Below, piece after piece: positions 19,595 through 31,219 of a stretch of DNA of 64,000 bases (positions are counted from its first letter, which is position 1; the number at the start of each line of letters is the position of its first letter). A program made the position numbers and the translations under genes. Source of the DNA: an uncultured delta proteobacterium (lineage in GTDB: Bacteria > Myxococcota > UBA727 > VGSZ01); assembly GCA_963775425.1 (NCBI GenBank), contig CAVZJB010000016.1, positions 224,001 to 288,000 on the forward strand, given 5' to 3'. The notes under the pieces are model-generated. The model saw nothing but the letters and a program-made list of their open reading frames with translations. It was not told the DNA's origin and did no database searches.

Positions 19595-21400
19595 TCAGCC
19601 CTCCTCCTCGGCGCCGTCGTCGGTTTCGAGCGACGGCATGTAGTCGGGCGCGTCGACCCCGACCATGGCGAACGCGTTGTTGAGCGTCTGCTTCACGGCC
19701 GTGATCAGCGCGAGCCGGCCCTGGGTCTTGACGACGTCGTCGGAGATGACGCGCTCGCCCGTCCTCTTGCCCAGGGTGTAGTACGAGTGGAATTCCGCGA
19801 TCAGCTCGCCGCAGTACGACAGCACCCGATGGGGCTCGAGCGCCTCGGCCGCGCCGACGACGAGGTCCGGGAACAACGCCATCTTCTTCAGCAGCGCGCG
19901 CTCTTCGGGGAGCGCGAGCCGCGCGAGCGCTGCATCACCGAGCGCGACGTTCGCGTCGAAGGGGTGGCCCGCCTCGGCGGCGCGCTTGAGGATCTGCGCG
20001 CAGCGGGCGTGGCCGTACTGGAAGTAGAAGACCGGGTTGTCGCTCGACTGCTTCGCGACGAGCGCGAGGTCGAAGTCGAACTGCGAATTCGTCGTCTTCG
20101 AGAGGAACAGGAAGCGGCAGACGTCGGGCCCGACCTCGTCGATGAGGTCGTCGAGCTCGAACACCGTGCCCTTGCGCTTGGAGACCTTGACCTCCTGCCC
20201 CTCGCGCACGATGCGCACCATCTGCACGAGGACGAAGTCCATCTGCGCGTCTTCGAAGCCGAGCAGCGTCACGCCCGCGCGCATGCGCGGGACGTGGCCG
20301 GCGTGGTCGGCGCCGAAGACGTCGACGCAGCGGCCGAAACCGCGGTCGAGCTTGTCCTTGTGGTAGGCGAGGTCGGCCGTGAGGTACACGGGCGAGCCGT
20401 CCCTCCTCAGGATGATGCGGTCCTCGTCGTCGCCGAGGCGCGTGGTCTCGAGGAACGTGCCGCCCTGCTGGCGGTCCTCGTACTGCCCCGCCTTGCTGCC
20501 CTCGCGGCGGATCTTGTCCTCGGTGCCGCGGGCGCGCTCGGCCTCGTACGTCACGCCGCGCGCGCGGTAGTGGTCGACGACGGCGACGACCTTTCCCGCC
20601 TCGTGCAGCGCGGCCTCCGACGAGAACACGTCGTGGTGGATGTGGGCCTTGGCGAGCGTGCCGCGGATGGCCGCCATGTTCTCGCGGATGGCGATCGCCT
20701 TGCAGCGCGGCAGCCATTCGTCGGCGGCGGCGCGCAGCCACTTGTCGCCGTCCTCGTCCTTGAGCTTCTGCGCGATGTCGACGACGTACTGCGCGGGGTA
20801 CTCGCCCTCGGCGAGCTCGATGCCGGTCTCGCCGCAGAGCTGGCGGTAGCGCTTGTGCACCGTGCGGCCGAGCACCTCGACCTGGTTGCCGAAGTCGTTG
20901 ATGTAGAACTCGCGGGTGACGTCGTGGCCGGCGGCCTCGAGGAGCCGGGCGACGGCGTCGCCGGTGAAGGCGCCGCGGGCGTGGCCGATGTGGACGGGGC
21001 CCGTGGGGTTTGCGGAGACGAACTCCACGTTCACCCGCTTGCCCGTGGAGCGAGCGGGGCGCCGGCCCCAGGCGGCGCCCGCGGCGAGCACCTCGCGCGC
21101 CACGCGCTGCACCACGGCGTCCTTGAGGGTGATGTTCAAAAAGCCCGGGCCGGCGACGTCGACCTTGGCGACGACGCCGGCCTTGTCGACGAGCGCGCCC
21201 GCGATGAGCTCGGCGATCTTGCGCGGGGGCTTGCCCTCGGGCTTGGCCATGACCATCGCCACGTTCACGGAGAGGTCGCCGTGGGCAGCGTTCTTGGGCG
21301 GCTCCACCACGTACGCGGGCGCGCTCTCGAGCCGCAGGTGCCCTGCCGCCTTCAGCGCGGCCAGGGTGTCATCGACGACGGGGACGATCAGGTTCCGCAT
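19595..21400 (-). CDS. argS: arginyl-tRNA synthetase
   Basis: VEFVSANPTGPVHIGHARG, FGADHAGH, VSKRKG, NPVFYFQYGHAR. Confidence 0.98.
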   Translation of the reverse strand: MRNLIVPVVDDTLAALKAAGHLRLESAPAYVVEPPKNAAHGDLSVNVAMVMAKPEGKPPRKIAELIAGALVDKAGVVAKVDVAGPGFLNITLKDAVVQRVAREVLAAGAAWGRRPARSTGKRVNVEFVSANPTGPVHIGHARGAFTGDAVARLLEAAGHDVTREFYINDFGNQVEVLGRTVHKRYRQLCGETGIELAEGEYPAQYVVDIAQKLKDEDGDKWLRAAADEWLPRCKAIAIRENMAAIRGTLAKAHIHHDVFSSEAALHEAGKVVAVVDHYRARGVTYEAERARGTEDKIRREGSKAGQYEDRQQGGTFLETTRLGDDEDRIILRRDGSPVYLTADLAYHKDKLDRGFGRCVDVFGADHAGHVPRMRAGVTLLGFEDAQMDFVLVQMVRIVREGQEVKVSKRKGTVFELDDLIDEVGPDVCRFLFLSKTTNSQFDFDLALVAKQSSDNPVFYFQYGHARCAQILKRAAEAGHPFDANVALGDAALARLALPEERALLKKMALFPDLVVGAAEALEPHRVLSYCGELIAEFHSYYTLGKRTGERVISDDVVKTQGRLALITAVKQTLNNAFAMVGVDAPDYMPSLETDDGAEEEG

Positions 21401-21526
21401 CCGTTTGCCTTCACTCTGCGCCGGCGTGCGCCTCCGGTGTCAGGATGGGGGCACTGTGGGCGCGGGTCCAGTTTTCGACTCGACCATGGCGGTCTAGCGA
21501 CCGGGCGCAACCGAGGCGGCGGGCGA

Positions 21527-21975
21527 TCAGGGAAACGGACCGCCGCTGCACGTCGACGTCACCGCGCTGCAGAACACGCCGGCGGGCACGGCGCAGGAGG
21601 TGACGGTGGCGCCGCTCATGTCGGTGCCGGTGACGGACGTGAGGCGCGGGTTGACCGGCATCTGTTCGCAGGGGAGGCCCTGTGCGTCCTGGGACTTCAG
21701 CACGCACCAGCCGTCGCCGAGCGAGTCCTTCACGCAGGCGTCGTTGTTGCCGATGGTGCCCTGGTTGCACGCGTCGTTGCTGTTGCAGCCGGTCGTTGCC
21801 GCCGGCGAAGCTCGCGATGACGCAGTCGTTCGATACGCCGCACGACGGGGCCGGCTCTCCCTCTCCCTCTCCCTCGCCCTCGCCCTCTCCCCCGCCGCCG
21901 CCGCCGCCCAGGATCGCCGGGGCCGGCGCCGGGCCCAGTCCGGTTTCCGGCGCGGCGATGACGGTGTAGCGAGCG
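21527..21975 (-). pseudogene. frameshifted, start-less GE-repeat / Cys-rich surface protein remnant
   Basis: One frame reads ILGGGGGGGEGEGEGEGEGEPAPSCGVSNDCVIASFAGGND; a shift near 21791 continues GCNSNDACNQG...CSGGPFP; no in-frame start or signal peptide. Confidence 0.55.
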
Positions 21976-21997
21976 GGGGCAAATCGAGGACGCCGCC

Positions 21998-22837
21998 ATG
22001 ACGACAGCCACCCCCGCTCCCCGCCCCCTCGAGGGCCGTTGCGCCTACGTCACCGGCGGCTCCGCCGGCATCGGCGCGGCCACGGCCAAGGAGCTCGCCC
22101 GCCTCGGCGCCGCCGTCGTCATCGGCGCGCGCCGCCAGGCGAAGCTCGAGGCGGTGCAGGCGCGCATCGAGGACGAGGTGCCGGGAGCCCGGGTGCTGGC
22201 CCTGCCCCTCGACGTCACGAACGAGCTGTCGCTCGACGAGTGGATCGACGAAGGGGCCTCCCTCGGCCCGTGCTCCATCCTCGTCAACAACGCCGGGCTC
22301 GCCCTCGGGCGCCAGCGCATCGACGAGGCCGACCTCGAGGCGTGGGACACGGTGCTCGACGTCAACGTCCGCGCGGCCTTTCGCGTGGTGCGAAAGCTCC
22401 TGCCCGGCATGCTCGCGCGCGCCCAGGCCGGCGACGGGGACACAGGCGCCGGGGGCGGCGGCGCCGGGGGTGGCGGCGACATCGTCATGCTCAGCTCCGT
22501 CGCCGCCGTGGAGCCGTACGCCAACGGGAGCGTCTACTGCGCCAGCAAGGCGGCGCTGTCGGCGTTTTCGCGCTCGCTGCGCGCGGAGCTCCTGGGCAAG
22601 GACGTGCGGGTGCTGACGTTCGAGCCGGGCATGGTCGAGACGGAGTTCTCGGTGGTGCGGAACTTCGGCGACGCCGCCGCGGCCGACAAGACCTACGCCG
22701 GCATGCGTCCCGTGAGCGCGGCCGAGGTGGCCGAGTGCATCGCGTTCGCCGTCACGCGCCCGCGCCACGTCTCCCTCGACCACATGATGATCATGGCCAC
22801 CGACCAGCTCGGCACCCAGGCCGTCCACCGGCGCTGA
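21998..22837 (+). CDS. short-chain dehydrogenase (YdfG-like)
   Basis: TGGSAGIG, LVNNAGLALG, YCASK, EPGMVETEFS. Confidence 0.9.
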   Translation: MTTATPAPRPLEGRCAYVTGGSAGIGAATAKELARLGAAVVIGARRQAKLEAVQARIEDEVPGARVLALPLDVTNELSLDEWIDEGASLGPCSILVNNAGLALGRQRIDEADLEAWDTVLDVNVRAAFRVVRKLLPGMLARAQAGDGDTGAGGGGAGGGGDIVMLSSVAAVEPYANGSVYCASKAALSAFSRSLRAELLGKDVRVLTFEPGMVETEFSVVRNFGDAAAADKTYAGMRPVSAAEVAECIAFAVTRPRHVSLDHMMIMATDQLGTQAVHRR

Positions 22838-22964
22838 CGTCGACGCCCCCGCGCGGCAGCGTGTCGGACGACAACGCCCATGGTGTTCCCTGGGCCTTCA
22901 CCGGCTTCGCGTTTCCCGGTGTTCGCGCCGTCGCAAGCGGCGTCCGGGGGAGTAGGCTCGGAGG

Positions 22965-24329
<1,365 letters not shown>

Positions 24330-24339
24330 GGGCCGCGCG

Positions 24340-25149
24340 CTACCGGCGGCGCACGGGCTTTACCAGGATCTCGCGCACCCGTTGCTGATCGTGCGGCTCG
24401 GAGAAGCGGGCGACGTACGCGTCGAGCGTGGAGCGCGGGCGGGTGCGCTCGCCGGCGACGAGGATCTCGTTCAAGCCGCGCGGCGGGATGACCGCGCGCA
24501 CGGAGGGGAACGCGTCGAGGAACGCGCGTCGGGTGTCCTGCCGCGCGGTGCGGTGCACGCCGCCGTCGGTGATGAGGTTGGCGACGAGGATGCCCCCGGG
24601 CGCGAGGCGATCGCGGAACAGGCGCAGCGTGTCGCCCGTGGGGGTCCGCGCGCGCACGACGTCGGTGGGGCCGGTGAGGAAGAGGTCGTCGAGGATGGCG
24701 TCGAAGCGCTCGCCGGCGTCCGCGAGGAACCGGTAGGCGTCCTCGACGTGGACCTCGAGCCGCTGGGCGTCGAGGTCCATGTAGCGGCGCGCGAGGTCGA
24801 CGATGCCGTCGTCGATCTCGACGCCGACGATGCGCGCGGCGGGCAACAGCGCGCGCAGTTGGCGGGTGACGGTGCCGCCGCCGAGGCCGAGGACGAGGAC
24901 GTTCTTCGGGGGGCCGTCTCCGTGGAGGAGCGCGCCGCAGGACAGCGCGTCCCACGAAAAGCCCGTCATCTTGTTGCGCGGGTGCCAGCTCGCGAACGTG
25001 GCGCCCTCGACCTCGAGGTCCACACGCTCGCCCGTGCGCCGCACCCGGACGGTGTTGAACGCGGTGGTGACGGACTCGAGATCCTCGCTCGGGAAGAGCG
25101 GCTGGAGCCGGGCGGGCGGCAGGGCGGAGGAGGTGGGGGCGCTGGCCAT
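24340..25149 (-). CDS. spermidine synthase-like SAM-dependent methyltransferase
   Basis: VLVLGLGGG, VGVEID, EDAYRFL, FDAILDDLF. Confidence 0.8.
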   Translation of the reverse strand: MASAPTSSALPPARLQPLFPSEDLESVTTAFNTVRVRRTGERVDLEVEGATFASWHPRNKMTGFSWDALSCGALLHGDGPPKNVLVLGLGGGTVTRQLRALLPAARIVGVEIDDGIVDLARRYMDLDAQRLEVHVEDAYRFLADAGERFDAILDDLFLTGPTDVVRARTPTGDTLRLFRDRLAPGGILVANLITDGGVHRTARQDTRRAFLDAFPSVRAVIPPRGLNEILVAGERTRPRSTLDAYVARFSEPHDQQRVREILVKPVRRR

Positions 25150-25178
25150 GGGCGGGCCGCGAGTGTAGCCCCATTTCC

Positions 25179-26129
25179 GTGAACCACGAGCACATCCTCC
25201 GCGCCCACCTCGACAAGACCCTCGCCGGCCTCGACGCGCCCGCGCCCAGCTACCGCGGCAAGGTGCGCGACATCTGGGAGAAGGGCGGAGAGATCCTCCT
25301 CGTGGCCACCGACCGTGTGAGCGCGTTCGATGTGGTGCTCGGCACCGTCCCGATGAAGGGCCAGCTCCTCACCGAGCAGGCGGCCTTCTGGCTCGACAAG
25401 GCTGCCGCCGTCGCCGAGACCCACCTGCTCGGCCGCCCCGACCCGCAGGCGCTCCTGTGCCGAAAGACCGAGCCCCTGCCCGTCGAGCTCGTCGTGCGCG
25501 GTTTCCTGGCCGGCTCGCTGCTGCGCGAGCCCAGGGAGTCGCGCGGCGCCGCCTACGGGCTCAAGCTCGACCCCGGCCTCGCCGACTATGCGCGCCTCGA
25601 CGAGGCCATCGTCACGCCCACCACCAAGGAGAGGGCCGGCCTCCACGATCGCCCGTGCTCCCTCGACGACCTGATCAACGAAGGGCGCGTGTCGCGAAAG
25701 CACCTCGAGCGCTGCGTCGAGATCGCCCGCGCGCTCTTCGCGCTCGGCCAGGAGCACGCGGAGAGAAACGGGCTGCTGCTCGTCGACACCAAGTACGAGA
25801 TGGGCCTCGTCGGCGACCGCGTGGTGCTCATCGACGAGGTGCACACGGCGGACTCCTCGCGCTTCTGGGTCGCCGGCAGCTACGCGGAGCGCCTGCGCCG
25901 GGGAGAGGCGCCCGAGATGCTCGACAAGGAGCGCCTGCGCCGCTGGTTGCTCGCCCAGGGCTTCTCCGGCCACGGCGCCGCTCCCGCGCTCACCGACGAC
26001 GTCCGCGTCGACCTGGCCCTGCACTACTGGGAGCTCACCGAGCGTGCGCTTGGCCGCCCCTACGCCCCCGCCGAGGGCGCCGCCGTCGACCGTGTGCGCG
26101 GCGTCGTGGAGCGCTTCGTCACGGAATAG
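25179..26129 (+). CDS. purC: SAICAR synthase
   Basis: YRGKVRD, TDRVSAFD, TPTTK, LVDTKYEMG, IDEVHTADSSRFW, DKERLR. Confidence 0.96.
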   Translation: MNHEHILRAHLDKTLAGLDAPAPSYRGKVRDIWEKGGEILLVATDRVSAFDVVLGTVPMKGQLLTEQAAFWLDKAAAVAETHLLGRPDPQALLCRKTEPLPVELVVRGFLAGSLLREPRESRGAAYGLKLDPGLADYARLDEAIVTPTTKERAGLHDRPCSLDDLINEGRVSRKHLERCVEIARALFALGQEHAERNGLLLVDTKYEMGLVGDRVVLIDEVHTADSSRFWVAGSYAERLRRGEAPEMLDKERLRRWLLAQGFSGHGAAPALTDDVRVDLALHYWELTERALGRPYAPAEGAAVDRVRGVVERFVTE

Positions 26130-26168
26130 TTGATTGCGGGCGCCGCCGTACCCGACGATGGTGGGCAC

Positions 26169-27452
26169 ATGGCCGGGCCGAGCCTCCTGATCGATCGCGC
26201 GGGCGCCATCGTTCGCGTCGAGCAGGCCACGCGCGACGTGCTCAAGGCGCTGCCGGGCACCTATCGCGTCGTGCGCGCGGGCGCGGTGCTGTTCATGGTC
26301 CTCGACGAGAACACCGGGACCGCGCTCAAGGACGGCGAGTCCCTCGCCCTCGCCGGCGACGTCAAGACGGTGCCGCTGTTGTCGCTCATGAACCTCCTCG
26401 GTCAGTCGCGGGAGACCGGCCGCCTCGTGGTCAAGCACCGGGACGCCGAGCGCGTGGTGCTCCTCAAAAACGGCGACGTCGCGTCGGTGGGCTCGAACCT
26501 CCCGCGTGATCGGCTGGGCACCTTCCTCGTGCGCCTCGGGCGCGTCCGCGACGTCGACCTGGAGCGCGCGCAGCAGATTTGCGCGCAGACCGGTCAGCGC
26601 ATCGGCCAGGTGCTGGTGCAGCAGAAGCTGGTCGAGCCGCACGAGCTCTGGGCGTGCATCCAGGAGCAGATCACCGAGCTGTTCGCCGAGGTCACGCAGT
26701 GGCCGGAGGGCAGCTTCGTCCTGTATCGGGTGCCCGCGGAGCACCCGTTCCCGTCGACGCCCCCGCTGTCGATGCAGGGCCTGCTCCTCGAGGCCGTGCG
26801 CCGGGCGGACGAGATGAGCGTGTTCCGTGAGCGCATCGCCAGCGTGAACACCCGCCTGCGGCGCACGCAGAAGGCGGCTCGCCCCGACCTCCCCGAAGAC
26901 GAGCGCGCCGTCATGGAGGCCGTCGCGCCCGAGGCCAGCGTCGCCGAGGTCTCGCGCGCGCTTCACACCAACGAGTTCGAGGCCACGCGCCTGTGCTACC
27001 AGCTCCTCAAGGCCGGGCTCATCGAGATCGTGAAGCCGTCGGCGCCTGCGCGTCCGTCGTTCGCGCTGTCGCAGGAAGACCGCGACCGCATCGACATCTA
27101 CAACCTCGCCTTCCGCGAGATCCGCGACGAGCTCGCCCGCGCCGGCCACCTCGACAGCTTCATCGACGGCGTGCGCAAATACCTCGCGGACCCCAACGGC
27201 GGTTGGGCCGATCTGTTCCGCTTCGTCGACGTAGACGACAGCGGCGGCCTCACGGTGGAGCCGCTCGTGGGGAACCTCGGCGCGCTGCACGCGCAGGGGC
27301 ACGACCCGGGGAACACGCTCACCGAGGCGCTCAACGAGCTCACCTTCTTCATGCTCTTTCAGTGCGGCGAGGTCCTCGATCCCAAGAGCGACGAGAACCT
27401 CGGCCGCCGCGTGCGCCTCATCCACGCGAGCCTGCCGTCCGCCGCGCGCTGA
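26169..27452 (+). CDS. DUF4388 (PatA-N-like) domain protein
   Basis: LAGDVKTVPLLSLMNLL..ETGRL..SNLPRDRLG..RIGQVLV..WPEGSF..LLLEAVRRADE. Confidence 0.8.
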   Translation: MAGPSLLIDRAGAIVRVEQATRDVLKALPGTYRVVRAGAVLFMVLDENTGTALKDGESLALAGDVKTVPLLSLMNLLGQSRETGRLVVKHRDAERVVLLKNGDVASVGSNLPRDRLGTFLVRLGRVRDVDLERAQQICAQTGQRIGQVLVQQKLVEPHELWACIQEQITELFAEVTQWPEGSFVLYRVPAEHPFPSTPPLSMQGLLLEAVRRADEMSVFRERIASVNTRLRRTQKAARPDLPEDERAVMEAVAPEASVAEVSRALHTNEFEATRLCYQLLKAGLIEIVKPSAPARPSFALSQEDRDRIDIYNLAFREIRDELARAGHLDSFIDGVRKYLADPNGGWADLFRFVDVDDSGGLTVEPLVGNLGALHAQGHDPGNTLTEALNELTFFMLFQCGEVLDPKSDENLGRRVRLIHASLPSAAR

Positions 27453-27472
27453 CCGGGGGCGCCACGGCGGCG

Positions 27473-27943
27473 TCAGCGTTGCTGTCGAACGGCCTCGAAG
27501 ACGACGACGGCGGCGCACTGCGCGAGGTTGAGCGAGCGCCCGGCGACCATGGGCAGCGTGAGCACGCGGTCTCGTTCGCGGGCGCGGGCGAGGACGGCGT
27601 CGTCGACGCTGCCCTTCTCGGGGCCGAGGACCACGACGTCGCCGGGGGCGAGCGGCGCGTCCCAGGGCGCGCGCCGGCCGCCGACCTCGACGACCCACGG
27701 CGGGCGCTCGAGGAGGTCGAGGCAGCGGGCGAGCGAGCGGTGGAAGTGCACGCGCGCCTCCGCCCAGTAGTCGAGCCCGGCGCGGCGCATCTCGGTGAGC
27801 CGCGGGTCGGTCTCGTGCAGCGTGGTGGCGCAGACGTGGAGGGCGGCGCCGGTGCCGGCGCACAGGCGGACGCACGCGCCGACGTTGCCGGCGATGGCGG
27901 GCCTGTCGAGGACGACGTGCAGCGGCGGTGGGCTCTCCTGCAT
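27473..27943 (-). CDS. trmL: tRNA (cytidine/uridine-2'-O)-methyltransferase, SpoU family
   Basis: PAIAGNVG, RRAGLDYW, GPEKGS, LPM..RSLNLA. Confidence 0.88.
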   Translation of the reverse strand: MQESPPPLHVVLDRPAIAGNVGACVRLCAGTGAALHVCATTLHETDPRLTEMRRAGLDYWAEARVHFHRSLARCLDLLERPPWVVEVGGRRAPWDAPLAPGDVVVLGPEKGSVDDAVLARARERDRVLTLPMVAGRSLNLAQCAAVVVFEAVRQQR

Positions 27944-28048
27944 GGCCCGCATCATCGTCGAGGGCCCGCGCCTTGTCTTGCGCGAGATCGTTCCCGCGGC
28001 GGCCGTGGGGGCCGGTGTCCTGTGCGCGTGCACGCGCTACCATCCGGC

Positions 28049-28738
28049 ATGCTCCGCCCGCGCTCCGCCGCCCGCACCGTCGTCGCAGCCCTCACCGTCG
28101 TCACCGCCCTCACCGTCGCTGGCGGCTGCACCAAGGACAAGCCCGCCGACGCCCCCGGCGCCCCGGCCAAGGGAATGCCCGCGCTCGTCCCGCGGCGCGT
28201 CCCCGACACCGACATCGTCGTGAGCCTGCCCAAGGGCTGGGTGCTCGACATGCCCGACCCGGGCAAGCTCCCGCCGCCCCCGCCGAACCAGGACAAGATC
28301 GAGCTGCACACGCGCACGCTCCTCGTGGCGCGGCCGGCGACGCCGTTCCCGGGCACGCTGGTGACGCCGATGCTGCAGGTGCTCCAGGACGCCTGGCTCC
28401 CGGTCGGCACCACCGGCGTCGACTACCTCGTGGCGCAGCGCGCGGCCAACCAGGCGGTCATCGGCGCCAACATCCGCCACGTCGAGGCCGAGCCCTCAAG
28501 GCGCGACGGGCGCCCGCTGTACCACGTGCGTGACGAGTGGACCGTGAAGACGCCCGACGGCCAGAGCCGCGACGTGAGCCAGGAGGCCTTGCTGATGCTC
28601 GACACGGCCACGGCGCCCGACGGCAAGCCCGGCATGCACGGCTTCACCGTCGTCATCACCATGGAGAAGATCGAGTTCAACGCCTTGCAGCCCATGGTGC
28701 GGGAGATCCTCGGCTCGGCCCACTTCGACGCCAAGTGA
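28049..28738 (+). CDS. lipoprotein, possibly PsbP/DcrB-like fold
   Basis: Lipobox VAGGC; VSLPKGW motif; ends EILGSAHF. Confidence 0.65.
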   Translation: MLRPRSAARTVVAALTVVTALTVAGGCTKDKPADAPGAPAKGMPALVPRRVPDTDIVVSLPKGWVLDMPDPGKLPPPPPNQDKIELHTRTLLVARPATPFPGTLVTPMLQVLQDAWLPVGTTGVDYLVAQRAANQAVIGANIRHVEAEPSRRDGRPLYHVRDEWTVKTPDGQSRDVSQEALLMLDTATAPDGKPGMHGFTVVITMEKIEFNALQPMVREILGSAHFDAK

Positions 28739-28802
28739 CATCTCCTGGCAGCCGCCGCGGCGGGGGTAGCGCGTAAGCGGCCGCGCGGGCATAAGGCCGC
28801 GC

Positions 28803-30788
28803 ATGATCTCCCTCGCCCTCACCCTCGCCGCCCTGGCGACCCCCACCCCCGTCGACGTCCCGCTCCTCGCCTTCCACATCACGCCCGAGGCGCTCACCCA
28901 GCAGTGCGAGCAGGCCGAGAAGGACACCGACGCCGCCCTCAAGAAGCTCGTCGACGTCCCCGACGACAAGCGCACCTTCAAGGACTCGTTCGAGGCGTAC
29001 GACGCCGTCACCGGCGACTACGGTGAGACCATCGCGCGCCTCACCTTCCTCGAGCAGGTGCACACCGACGCCAAGGTCCGCGACGCCGCCACCGCGTGTG
29101 AGGAGCGGGCGGGCAAGTACTCGGTCGCGTTGTCCGCGCGCAAAGATCTCTACATGGCCATGAAGGGCTACCTCGACCACGCGGGCAAGAAGGACAAGCT
29201 CGACGCGCAGCAAAAGCGCCTCGTCGACCTCACCATGCTCGACTTCAAGCGCAACGGCCTCGAGCTGAGCGACAAGGACCGCGAGAAGCTCGTCGAGGTT
29301 CGCAAGAAGCTCACCGAGCTCGAGACCAGGTACTCCAAGAACCTCAACGACGACGCCACGCACTTCGACGTCAAGAAGGACGAGCTCGCGGGCATGCCCG
29401 ACGACTTCGTCAAGGCCCACGAGGACAACAAGCGCCCCGGCGTCTACGTCCTCACCACCAAGTACCCGGACTACTACCCGGTGATGGAGAACTGCTCGGT
29501 CGAGGGCACGCGCAAGAAGATGGAGACCGCCTTCATGAACAAGGGCGGCCCCGACAACCTCAAGCTCCTCGATGAGGCGGTCGCGCTGCGGGCGCAGGCG
29601 GCGCACCTGCTCGGCTACAAGACGCACGCGGACTACGTCGCCGAGGACCGCATGGCCAAGGACGCCAAGACCATCGGCGACTTCCTCGCCCGCATGAAGA
29701 AGGGCCTCGAGCCGGGCCTCGCGTCCGACACGGCCAAGATGGTGAAGCTCAAGGGCAAGGCCCCCATCAACGCGTGGGACTGGCGCTACTACATGAACCA
29801 GGTCAAGAAGACCGAGTACGCCATCGACGACGAGAAGGTCCGCCAGTACTTCCCCGCCGACAAGGTCCTCGACGGGATGTTCAAGGTCTACTCCACCCTC
29901 TTCGGCATCAAGCTCAAGGAGGTGAAGCACCCGGCCGTGTGGGCCGACGGCGTCAAGCTGTTCGAGGTGCACGACAAGCGGAGCAACAAGCTGCTCGCGC
30001 GCTTCTACGTCGACCTCTACCCGCGCGAGGGCAAGTACGGCCACGCCGCCGAGTTCACGCTCTCGCCCGGCCACGCGGTGAAGAAGGGCTACCGCATCCC
30101 GCTGGCGGCGCTCGTCGTGAACTTCCAGCCGCCGCAAAACGGCAAGGCGTCGCACCTGTCGATGGACGAGGTGGACACGCTGTTCCACGAGTTCGGACAC
30201 GTGATGCACGAGTCGCTGACCACGGCGCGCTACGCGTCCATGTCGGGCACCCACGTGGCGCTCGACTTCGTCGAGGCGCCCTCGCAGATGCTCGAGAACT
30301 GGGCGTACCAGCCCGAGGTCCTGAAGATCATCTCGTCGGGCATGCCCGCGGACCTCGCCAAGAAGCTCAACGCCGCCCGCCGCTACGACGCCGGCGTCCG
30401 CTACTCGCGGCAGGTGTTCCTCGCCACGTTCGATCAGGACATCCACACCAGCGACAAGGCCGACGTCGACGCCGTGGCCAAGAAGCTCTGGGCCGAGATC
30501 CTCAAGTTCCCCGAGGACAAGGACGCCCACTTCGCCGGCACGTTCGGCCACATGATGGGCGGCTACGACGGCGGCTACTACGGCTACCTGTGGTCGGAGG
30601 TCTTCGCCGCCGACATGTTCACCCGCTTCCAGAAGGGCGGCGTCTTGAGCAGCAAGGTCGGACGCGAGTACCGCGACCGCGTCATCTCCCGTGGCCGCAC
30701 CGTCGAGCCGGCGGCGCTCTTGAAGGACTTCCTCGGCCGCGCCCCCAACGAGGACGCCTTCCTCACGCAGCTCGGCATCAAGCACTGA
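28803..30788 (+). CDS. secreted M3 family (thimet-like) oligopeptidase
   Basis: Signal peptide, DLYPREGKYGHAA, LFHEFGHVMH, DFVEAPSQMLENW, GYYGYLWSEV. Confidence 0.95.
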   Translation: MISLALTLAALATPTPVDVPLLAFHITPEALTQQCEQAEKDTDAALKKLVDVPDDKRTFKDSFEAYDAVTGDYGETIARLTFLEQVHTDAKVRDAATACEERAGKYSVALSARKDLYMAMKGYLDHAGKKDKLDAQQKRLVDLTMLDFKRNGLELSDKDREKLVEVRKKLTELETRYSKNLNDDATHFDVKKDELAGMPDDFVKAHEDNKRPGVYVLTTKYPDYYPVMENCSVEGTRKKMETAFMNKGGPDNLKLLDEAVALRAQAAHLLGYKTHADYVAEDRMAKDAKTIGDFLARMKKGLEPGLASDTAKMVKLKGKAPINAWDWRYYMNQVKKTEYAIDDEKVRQYFPADKVLDGMFKVYSTLFGIKLKEVKHPAVWADGVKLFEVHDKRSNKLLARFYVDLYPREGKYGHAAEFTLSPGHAVKKGYRIPLAALVVNFQPPQNGKASHLSMDEVDTLFHEFGHVMHESLTTARYASMSGTHVALDFVEAPSQMLENWAYQPEVLKIISSGMPADLAKKLNAARRYDAGVRYSRQVFLATFDQDIHTSDKADVDAVAKKLWAEILKFPEDKDAHFAGTFGHMMGGYDGGYYGYLWSEVFAADMFTRFQKGGVLSSKVGREYRDRVISRGRTVEPAALLKDFLGRAPNEDAFLTQLGIKH

Positions 30789-30985
30789 TTTCTTGGCGCG
30801 CTTCGCGCGGGGCCCTCCGGGCCCCCCACGCGCTGCGCGCGCGGGCCCCCCCGGGCTTGAGCGCGCGAACGGCTTGATGCCGCTCGCGGAGCTCGCGCTC
30901 TCGCGAGAGACCGCCGTCCCGCAAAATGGCGCGGTCCGAAAGCAGCGGCGAAGTCGGCCTCGCAGCAGACTGCCGCGGCCGCCTT

Positions 30986-31166
30986 CGCCGCGCCCCCCTT
31001 CGAGGGCTTGTCGTCCCCGGCCGCTTGAGGACCCCGCGCTTCCACACGCCGCGCCCCCCTTCGAGGGCTTGTCGTCCCCGGCCGCTTGAGGACCCCGCGC
31101 TTCCACACGCCGCGCCCCCCTTCGAGGCTTGTCGTCCCCGGCCGCTTCAGGCCCCCGCGCTTCCAC
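30986..31166. repeat. 3 x 61-bp intergenic tandem repeat
   Basis: Unit cgccgcgccccccttcgagggcttgtcgtccccggccgcttgaggaccccgcgcttccaca at 30986, 31047 and 31108 (third copy diverged). Confidence 0.92.
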
Positions 31167-31219
31167 GCGAACGCCCCCCGCGCTCCCCCTTCGCTCCCTT
31201 CGCTCCCTCCGGCCGCTCG

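Noticed and set aside
30930-30950. SRP RNA (ggtccgaaagcagc resembles the helix 8 motif)
   Set aside because: Lacks the AGG..GGAAGCAG internal-loop arrangement and the long enclosing stem
30986-31166. CRISPR array
   Set aside because: Units are contiguous near-identical 61-mers with no unique spacers, and there are no cas genes in the window
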